The notes under the pieces are model-generated. The model saw only the letters and a list, made by a program, of their open reading frames with translations. It did no database searches and was not told where the DNA came from. 32,000 nucleotides of DNA. It comes from Aeropyrum pernix K1 (GTDB lineage Archaea > Thermoproteota > Thermoprotei_A > Sulfolobales > Acidilobaceae). Made by a program: the position numbers and the translations under genes. Below, piece by piece: positions 24,484 to 30,809 of the stretch (positions are counted from its first letter, which is position 1; each line of letters starts with the position of its first letter). The stretch is taken from NCBI RefSeq assembly GCF_000011125.1, contig NC_000854.2, positions 1,110,001 through 1,142,000 of the forward strand, written 5' to 3'.

Positions 24484-25540
24484 CCTCCTGCGGGACCGGG
24501 TACCTCAGAAGCGCTATTACTCCGCCGAAGCTCACGAGCCTCTCCCCCGCGGGCGAGTCGCCCGGGATTATTATGACTCTCCCCCCCATAGATTCTACGA
24601 GCCTCAGGGCCTCGTCAACAGCCTCCCTCACCGCATCGTCCGGGGAGTGGAGGAGGGTGTCTACGAGGAGCACTGTATCGACAGCTCCCATCCGGGCGAC
24701 GGCGAGGACCTCGCCGGGTGTGTAGGCCACCGTATCTCTAGATTTCGCTATCCTCCTGAGAAACTCTTCAAGCACTCCCTCCGCCTCCACTATGCTCAGC
24801 TCCCTCAGAATCCTCGTCACACTCTCCCTCCTGAGGGCTTCTCTAACCCCTGCTACCCCTCCCATGGATGTGTCTACTGTAGCTACCTTGAGCGAGGGCA
24901 TGGCTCGCTGCACCTTCTCGGCGACACTAGTCTTGAGCTGTCCGGGGCCTGCGATAACGGCAATAGGAGACCTGTGCCTAGCCGCCTCCTCTACTATCCT
25001 CTTCGCAGCCCGGTCCACATACTTCTCTACCTCCTGCTCCCGCGACGGATCATCCTTTCCGGGGAGCCTAGCAGAAGTGTCTTCGAGAATCTTCATGCCG
25101 TGCCCAGCTAGCACAGCAAGGGCGAACTCGTCGTAGTCTACCGCAGCTATTACAGCAGTACCCCTTGCCCTTCCCGAGGCAAGCCTTTCCAGCTCCTGCT
25201 CGCTCCACCCCTTATCCCTCTCAACTACAAGCCAGGTCCCTATCGAGACAGCCGTGGAGTGGCGCCTTCCCTTCACGCCAAACTCGTCCGGCCCCTCAAC
25301 GACTATCCCACTTATCCTCAGCTTCCCCGTGAAAGGCTGAAACTCTATGGAGTCGAGTCTTATCCTGAGTGTCATGACAACTCTCTCCTTCCTGCCCGAG
25401 CCGACCGGGACGTCTCTGGAGGTGCGTATCCTAACGACATCGCCGGGCCTAAGCGTTATCCTCAGCAGCCAGAGGTCCTCCTCGCTCTCCGGCCTAAGCC
25501 TCACTATCCTCCTTTTATTGTCGAGGACCTCGACGCGCAA
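24470..25540 (-). CDS. pelA: Pelota (Dom34 homologue, ribosome rescue / mRNA surveillance)
   Basis: 356 aa. The N-terminus MRVEVLDNKRRIVRLRPESEEDLWLLRITLRPGDVV and the eRF1-like central and C-terminal domains fit. The start is TTG at 25540, with an in-frame TAG two codons upstream. Confidence 0.85.
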   Translation of the reverse strand: MRVEVLDNKRRIVRLRPESEEDLWLLRITLRPGDVVRIRTSRDVPVGSGRKERVVMTLRIRLDSIEFQPFTGKLRISGIVVEGPDEFGVKGRRHSTAVSIGTWLVVERDKGWSEQELERLASGRARGTAVIAAVDYDEFALAVLAGHGMKILEDTSARLPGKDDPSREQEVEKYVDRAAKRIVEEAARHRSPIAVIAGPGQLKTSVAEKVQRAMPSLKVATVDTSMGGVAGVREALRRESVTRILRELSIVEAEGVLEEFLRRIAKSRDTVAYTPGEVLAVARMGAVDTVLLVDTLLHSPDDAVREAVDEALRLVESMGGRVIIIPGDSPAGERLVSFGGVIALLRYPVPQEARRL

Positions 25541-25576
25541 ACCCTATCCACCCACAATAAAACTGGGGCAGAAACA

Positions 25577-26692
25577 CTAAGCTGTAACTTTCTGTATCGG
25601 ACTGTATCTTTCTATACCGCGTAGGGCTATTAGGTAGGCTGATGTTGAATGCCTATCTAAGCCGTATCTCTTCATTATCTTATCGTGTTCTTCAGAATGC
25701 GTCGTCCTCCTTGGGTCTACATATTCTACCCTAATAGCATATAGTGGTGTTTTCATAGTTATCATTTCTATTATTCTACTCCTGAATACAGAGACTCTCC
25801 AGTTGTAGTTCCTATGTAGTCTCTTACCATTTCTTATCCAAAGCAGTTTTAGTTTCCCGAGTACATCTGGGTTCTCTAGGAATAATGTTTTGACTCCATG
25901 ATGATAGGCGTATTTAAGCATATCGTGAACAGTCATCCCTATAATGCTTCTTGCCCTCCTACTTCTACATCCCTTTCTTGATGCTTCCTCAAACCAGAAA
26001 GTCTTTACATGCCTTAGCCTACCATACCTATCAACTACTGCTAGGTTGGCTCTATCAACGTTAACATCTACACCGCCGTAGAGTTTCCCATAGTTTCTCC
26101 TATATCTAGTCATATGCTTGTAGTAGAAGTCTATGGGTATTGTAAGCTGTATCTCTCCATGAACCCACAGCCTGTTTTTCCTAACACCATAATCCTTGAT
26201 AACTATTCTAGCTGTATGTTTCTGTCTCTCTTCGAGAATCTTGTCGAGCAAAACCTTGTAGTTCTTGGGTATTGTGGGCTTAACAACTATTCTATCCTTT
26301 TCTCCATTGTAGCCTATAGTTGTTATGTAGAAGCTGTAGTCATCCTTTAGGGTAATGTTCCTTACTGGATATTCCTTCTCAGCCTGCTGAAACATCAGCC
26401 AATCTCCAAGCTCTACCTCTTTGAAGCCAACTCCCAGTTGTCTGCAAGACTCGTAAATTCCACGTACAAGCGTGATAACTCCATCAACATACCTACGATT
26501 AGGTATCACCTCATAGATTGCCTTCCTAAAGGTGTTTTTCCAGCCAATGTCAGTAGCAGGTAGTATGGGTGTTTGCTTGGCTAAACTGAGCATTCTATGA
26601 GTAGCAGTCTTAAACAACCATGCAGTACTGAACAAGTCCCCAGCTTCGCCACCTCCAACATTAAATGGTAGTGTAAGCGTTATGTAGCTCAT
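25577..26692 (-). CDS. tnpB: TnpB/OrfB-like RuvC nuclease, zinc-finger-less variant
   Basis: 371 aa from ATG 26692. RuvC-I is GGVDVNVDR (D209) and RuvC-II is LFLENP (E273). VEYVDPRRTT corresponds to the V.P.YTSQ position. RuvC-III is GLDRHSTSAYLIALRG (D346). No CxxC pairs are present. The track N-terminal extension to 26833 runs through GC-rich hairpins and is unlikely to be coding. Confidence 0.7.
   Translation of the reverse strand: MSYITLTLPFNVGGGEAGDLFSTAWLFKTATHRMLSLAKQTPILPATDIGWKNTFRKAIYEVIPNRRYVDGVITLVRGIYESCRQLGVGFKEVELGDWLMFQQAEKEYPVRNITLKDDYSFYITTIGYNGEKDRIVVKPTIPKNYKVLLDKILEERQKHTARIVIKDYGVRKNRLWVHGEIQLTIPIDFYYKHMTRYRRNYGKLYGGVDVNVDRANLAVVDRYGRLRHVKTFWFEEASRKGCRSRRARSIIGMTVHDMLKYAYHHGVKTLFLENPDVLGKLKLLWIRNGKRLHRNYNWRVSVFRSRIIEMITMKTPLYAIRVEYVDPRRTTHSEEHDKIMKRYGLDRHSTSAYLIALRGIERYSPIQKVTA
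25582..25613. repeat. three CTGTA (TACAG on minus) repeats phased at 10 nt, within a 12-nt near-repeat
   Basis: CTGTA occurs at 25582, 25592 and 25602. CTGTAaCTTTCT (25582-25593) pairs with CTGTAtCTTTCT (25602-25613). All lie inside the last codons of tnpB. Confidence 0.8.
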
Positions 26693-26709
26693 ATTGGGGA
26701 ATCCCCAAT
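26693..26709. promoter_or_regulatory. perfect 17-bp palindrome ATTGGGGAATCCCCAAT abutting the tnpB ATG
   Basis: An 8-bp arm, 1 central base, and an 8-bp arm, immediately upstream of ATG 26692 on the minus strand. Confidence 0.8.
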
Positions 26710-26713
26710 AAAA

Positions 26714-26737
26714 CTTATAAGGCTTGAAGCTTATAAA
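26714..26737 (-). promoter_or_regulatory. two TATA-like boxes upstream of tnpB
   Basis: On the minus strand, TTTATAAG (26737-26730) and TTATAAG (26720-26714). The proximal box is centred about 25 nt from the ATG, which fits a leaderless transcript. Confidence 0.45.
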
Positions 26738-26744
26738 CCTAACC

Positions 26745-26808
26745 CGGTGACCCCGGGGTTCCCGAGGGAAGCCCCCAGGGGCTTCCGTAGGCGGCCCCGG
26801 GGAGACCG
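26745..26808. repeat. GC-rich compound hairpin (candidate IS left-end structure)
   Basis: The outer arms are CGGTgaCCCCGGGG (26745-26758) and CCCCGGGGagACCG (26795-26808). They enclose an inner hairpin GAAGCCCC-ca-GGGGCTTC (26769-26786). A second stem AGCCGTGCC / GGCACGGTT lies at 26819-26827 and 26859-26867. Confidence 0.7.
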
Positions 26809-26913
26809 TGATGAACCCAGCCGTGCCCGACACAACCTGCTATAATTTGTTACATGAAGGCACGGTTTGGGTGAACGGCTTATTTAGAGGCTCTGCAGGA
26901 TTATGGGGTGTTG

Positions 26914-29427
26914 TTAAGATTTCTTAGCTATGTAATATACGCTGGACCCTGGAATCGCCTCCTCCGAGCCCTCCGGGGGTGCACCGGTGTATGTCCTTAT
27001 AGCTGCTTTGTGGAGAGCCTCGAGATCCCTCCTAGCAGACTCTATACCGCTAGGAACTAGGACCTCCACTGTGTCAAGCGGCTCGTACAGCTTCTTCCCC
27101 ATAGACCTCTTCAGGTTCCATACAGCCTTGTTGACGCTGACTATCAGCCTGGCTTTCCCGGCGAGCTCCCTTCTCTCCTCTGGTGTGAACAGGGGGTCTG
27201 GCCACCTCTGCCTGTGGACTGAGCTGCCATAGAGTCTCCTGTGGATCGCATCCGTAACGAAGGGCATTATGGGTGAGAGGGCTACCAGTATCCTCCTGAG
27301 GAGTTCGTGCAGCGTCGCCCACGCCGCCTCCTGTTCCTCCCTTGTGAATAGTCCCGACCTGTTGTAGGACCTCTCCTTCACTAGCTCTACGTAGTGCGAG
27401 GCGAAGATGTCCCAAGCAAGCTCGTAGATCAGGTTTGCAGGCTCGTACACATCCAGCTCCCCGTAAGCCTTGTCAGCGGCCTCCAGATACTCGTCGGCAA
27501 GAGCTAGGAAAGCCTTGTCAACCTCTGTGGCTTTCTCCAGCGGGCTCCCCTCCGGCCGTGGGAAGCTTGAGACGAACCTCGCCAGGTTCCAAAGCTTCGT
27601 GGCGAAGTTCCTCCCGGTCTTCACCTTGTTCTCGTCGAACCTGTAGTCGTAGCCTAGCTTTGCAGCTATGGCCGCCCAGAACCTGAAGGCGTCTCCCCCA
27701 TACTTAGCTATAATCGGCTCGGGGTCTATCACGTTGCCCAGGCTCTTATGCATAGGCCTGCCCTTCGGGTCGAGGCCGAGCCCCGTTATCCTGACCCACC
27801 TGAAGGCCGGCTTCCCGGTTAGCTGGAGCACCCTTAGGATGCTGTAGTACAGCCACGTCCTGATTATGTCCTGGCCCTGAGGCCTTAGGACGTTGCGCGA
27901 CGCCCTCTCGTAGAACCTCTTATCCCACATCCAGCGGGTCACGTAGAGGGGGCTTATGCTGCTGTCAAACCATGTGTCGAAAACCCTCGTCTCGCCTTTG
28001 AGGTAGCGGCGGGGGGCGCCGCACCTGGGGCAGGAGTCCCAGGGAGGCTCCTCGGCCCACGGCCTGTAGTATCTTCCAGGCTCTGGAACAAGCTTAGCCC
28101 CACACTTCTCGCAGGTCCAGAGGGGTATCTCTGTGCCGTAGAACCTCTCCCTCGATATTGGCCAGTCCATCTTGATGCTGTCTATCCAGTCGTAGAGCTT
28201 CTTGCGGTGCATCTCGGGCTTGAAATCCATCTTAGCCGCAGCCTGCTTCACAGCATCCTTAAAGTCGAGTTGCCTTAGGAACAGCTCCCTCCTATGTATT
28301 ATCTGGAGAGGGGTCTTACACCTCCAGCAGACGGGGACGCTGTGGACGATCCTCTCCTTCTTAACCAGAAGACCCTCCCTCTCCAGTATCTCTGCAATCC
28401 TCCTCCTAGCCTCCTTAACGGGGAGCCCGGCTATGGGGCCGGCATTCTCGTTCATGACGCCGTTCTCGTCTATCAGAACCTTGGGCTTGAGGTCTAGCTC
28501 GAGGAATAGCCTGACATCCTCCTCGTCACCATAGCTGCATATCATCATAAGTCCAGTGCCGAAATCCTTCTTAACGGCAGGGTGCTCAACTATCTTGACC
28601 CTATGCCCGTATAGCGGGGCTATAGCAGTTTTCCCTGCAAGCCCCTTATACCTCTCGTCCTCCGGGTGGTATGCCAGGGCGGCGCAGCCTGCGAGGAGCT
28701 CGGGCCTGGTAGTCGCCACCACCAAGTCCCTACCGTCCTCCTCCAGCCTGTACTTGACGTAGTATATGAAGTCCTCATCCTCCTTGTGCTCTATCTCCGC
28801 CTCGGCCAGGGTCGTCTTACACCTCGGGCACCACCTCACAGGCCTCTCAGCCTCGTATATCAGGCCGCGCCTCCAGAGGTCTATGAAGGTTGCCTGGGTC
28901 ATCGACCTATATCTGGGGCTGTCCGTGCCTTCTCTCCAGTAGTCGAAGCCGCAGCCAAGCCTCCTCCACAGCTGCACTATCTCGCTCTCAACCTTGTCGA
29001 GGAACTCGCTACATAAGGCCAGAAACCTCTCCCTCCCCTCCGTTGTACGGGCCATCTCGTGAGCTACAACCCCGTAGGTCTTCTCCACCTGGACCTCCAC
29101 TGGGAGCCCGTTGCGGTCGGCGTAAAACGGTGCTACGACATTGTATCCTTTCAGCCTGAAATACCTGGCTATCATGTCAATCTGGGTATAATGGGCGGCG
29201 CCGCCAACGTGCCACTTGCCGCTCGGGTATGGGGGCGGCGTGTCTATGACAACAATTTCGCGCGGATCGTCGGGGTCCAGGGTGGACTTGTGCAGGTCCT
29301 CAGCATCCCAGAGGGATAGTAGCTTCTCCTCCTCGCCTATGTCCCACCTCTTCTCCTGGATAGCAGGTTTAAACTCCTCGCCCAAACATGCCACCCAGCA
29401 TAATGCGGGGTAGACCCCGATACTCAT
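26914..29427 (-). CDS. valS: valine--tRNA ligase
   Basis: Motifs IDTPPPYPSGKWHVGG...IARYFRLKGYNV, CP1 editing TTRPELLAGCAALAYHPEDERY and GTGLMMICSYGDEEDV, MHKSLGNVIDP and YGGDAFRFW. The start is uncertain: ATG 29427, GTG 29394 or TTG 29385. The track start at 29583 is probably too long. Confidence 0.85.
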   Translation of the reverse strand: MSIGVYPALCWVACLGEEFKPAIQEKRWDIGEEEKLLSLWDAEDLHKSTLDPDDPREIVVIDTPPPYPSGKWHVGGAAHYTQIDMIARYFRLKGYNVVAPFYADRNGLPVEVQVEKTYGVVAHEMARTTEGRERFLALCSEFLDKVESEIVQLWRRLGCGFDYWREGTDSPRYRSMTQATFIDLWRRGLIYEAERPVRWCPRCKTTLAEAEIEHKEDEDFIYYVKYRLEEDGRDLVVATTRPELLAGCAALAYHPEDERYKGLAGKTAIAPLYGHRVKIVEHPAVKKDFGTGLMMICSYGDEEDVRLFLELDLKPKVLIDENGVMNENAGPIAGLPVKEARRRIAEILEREGLLVKKERIVHSVPVCWRCKTPLQIIHRRELFLRQLDFKDAVKQAAAKMDFKPEMHRKKLYDWIDSIKMDWPISRERFYGTEIPLWTCEKCGAKLVPEPGRYYRPWAEEPPWDSCPRCGAPRRYLKGETRVFDTWFDSSISPLYVTRWMWDKRFYERASRNVLRPQGQDIIRTWLYYSILRVLQLTGKPAFRWVRITGLGLDPKGRPMHKSLGNVIDPEPIIAKYGGDAFRFWAAIAAKLGYDYRFDENKVKTGRNFATKLWNLARFVSSFPRPEGSPLEKATEVDKAFLALADEYLEAADKAYGELDVYEPANLIYELAWDIFASHYVELVKERSYNRSGLFTREEQEAAWATLHELLRRILVALSPIMPFVTDAIHRRLYGSSVHRQRWPDPLFTPEERRELAGKARLIVSVNKAVWNLKRSMGKKLYEPLDTVEVLVPSGIESARRDLEALHKAAIRTYTGAPPEGSEEAIPGSSVYYIAKKS

Positions 29428-29599
29428 AATTTTTAGCAGTAGAAGCCGATAGGGAGAGGGGGCGCGCTGGATGGAGGACGAGCCTGTTGAGACGGGGTTT
29501 GACAGCGGGCCATCCCAGGAGGAGAGTGTCGAGTGCGGGTGGGTTGAGGCTGCTAAGCGGGCATACGGTCTCGAGGTCCTCATAGCTTCAGCATGGACG

Positions 29600-30001
29600 A
29601 TGTTTATATCTCTAGTGGCGGGCGCCCTCGGGGGGCCGGAGGCAGCATCCCTCGTAGTATCGCTATCCCTAGTGACATACCTGGCGCTATCGCTCTTCGA
29701 AACCCGCCTACGTCTAGCATCTCTCGCCGCAGCCGTGGGAGCGCATGTAGGCGCAGTAGCCTCTTACTACTCAAACCCCCTGCCCCTACCGTTTATCGTG
29801 GTTGAGCGTGGATCCCAAGGGGCTATAATCAACATTGATATAGTCCAGATAGTGGTGCTGACGGAGATAGCTAACCTCATGGTATCAGCCCCAGCCTGCA
29901 GGTGGGAGAAAGACTCAAAAACCCCAGTGGAGATTAATAGTGAGAACGGGCCGCAGGCCGGAGCACCTGAGCCTACAAGCGCGGGAGCCGCGGTAGTATA
30001 G
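29600..30001 (+). CDS. hypothetical small membrane protein (doubtful)
   Basis: Hydrophobic segments MFISLVAGALGG and LVVSLSLVTYLALSLF. The ORF's last 15 nt overlap the tRNA-Glu gene, and the likely tRNA promoter lies inside it. Confidence 0.3.
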   Translation: MFISLVAGALGGPEAASLVVSLSLVTYLALSLFETRLRLASLAAAVGAHVGAVASYYSNPLPLPFIVVERGSQGAIINIDIVQIVVLTEIANLMVSAPACRWEKDSKTPVEINSENGPQAGAPEPTSAGAAVV

Positions 30002-30064
30002 CCCGGCCCAGTATGCGGGCCTCTCGAGCCCGTGACCCGGGTTCAAATCCCGGCCGCGGCACCA
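29987..30064 (+). tRNA. tRNA-Glu (anticodon CUC) with encoded CCA
   Basis: Hand-folded cloverleaf. Acceptor stem GCCGCGG/CCGCGGC, D arm GTAT-AGCCCGGCCCA-GTAT, anticodon stem CGGGC/GCCCG. The anticodon loop is CTCTCGA, the T arm is CCGGG-TTCAAAT-CCCGG, the discriminator is A, then CCA. Confidence 0.9.
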
Positions 30065-30163
30065 TACTATTAATCTATTAACTAAACGTTTACAGCGGGG
30101 CCTACTCCTTAGCCGGGTAGAGTTTGACTGTAGAGGCTATGAAGAGATTATCTCAAAACCGTC

Positions 30164-30655
30164 TCAGGGTACAGCTCCAGCAGGCTTTATAGATATCCCG
30201 TAGAAGTGTGTGATGAAGTAGTAAATCATTATTGCTGAGCCCAGAGTTGCCATGGCTCTGTTGACGGTCCTGTTACTGGATTTGAAGAGCTTAAGCGCGA
30301 CTTTCCTCCTGGATATGGGCCAAAATGGCTGGAACTCCATGTATGTCAGGAGGTCCCCAAGTATGTGGATCCAGACTGCTGTAAAGCCCGCTACGAAGCC
30401 CTCGATGAATCCCAATCCTTTGAAACCGCCCATCTCCAGGACTGCCCCGAGCAGGAGGCCCGCTACTATCGAGGCGGCGAGGTTGTGTGTATACTTCCTG
30501 TGGGCTATCTCTAGAGCCAGGTCCACGTCGGGGAGTGTTGAGAGGCCTACTATGAGGAATCCTATTATCAAGGATTCAGTGGATTTTATGTCTAAAACAG
30601 AATATGCTCCGAAGACTATGGCCATAGCCATTCCAAAATGCCCGTCCCTATTCAT
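30164..30655 (-). CDS. membrane-bound metal-dependent hydrolase, YdjM/DUF457 family
   Basis: 163 aa, multi-TM. LPDVDLALEIAHRKYTHNL matches the PD.D...HR..THS signature, and a later HILGD is present. Confidence 0.65.
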   Translation of the reverse strand: MNRDGHFGMAMAIVFGAYSVLDIKSTESLIIGFLIVGLSTLPDVDLALEIAHRKYTHNLAASIVAGLLLGAVLEMGGFKGLGFIEGFVAGFTAVWIHILGDLLTYMEFQPFWPISRRKVALKLFKSSNRTVNRAMATLGSAIMIYYFITHFYGISIKPAGAVP

Positions 30656-30721
30656 AATCCTATTGAACCCTTAGTACATATAGCCAAGTTAATTATGTTT
30701 TAAACCTTACCGTACAATATA

Positions 30722-30743
30722 CGCTGCTTGCCGTGAAGCAGCG
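30722..30743. other. 8-bp stem / 6-nt loop hairpin downstream of a TATA-like box
   Basis: CGCTGCTT-gccgtg-AAGCAGCG. TTTTAAACCTTACC lies at 30698-30711, just upstream. Confidence 0.5.
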
Positions 30744-30809
30744 GCCAGGCTATGGAAGCCTCCAGCATTAATTCCTCCCGCAGTCCCGGGATATGCGTGG
30801 GTCTAAGCT

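Larger units (their letters stand above)
25541..26867 (-). mobile_element. putative IS200/IS605-superfamily, tnpB-only (IS1341-like) element; ends approximate
   Basis: A low-GC block (33-43% in sampled 60-mers) carries a TnpB-like ORF and no Y1 transposase. GC-rich subterminal hairpins lie on the upstream side (26745-26867), and short phased repeats lie at the downstream end. Confidence 0.55.

Noticed and set aside
26693-26833. N-terminal 47 codons of the track ORF 25577-26833
   Set aside because: This stretch runs through the GC-rich palindromes and the TATA-like boxes. The composition switches abruptly, and the TnpB-like sequence starts cleanly at ATG 26692 (MSYITLTLPF).
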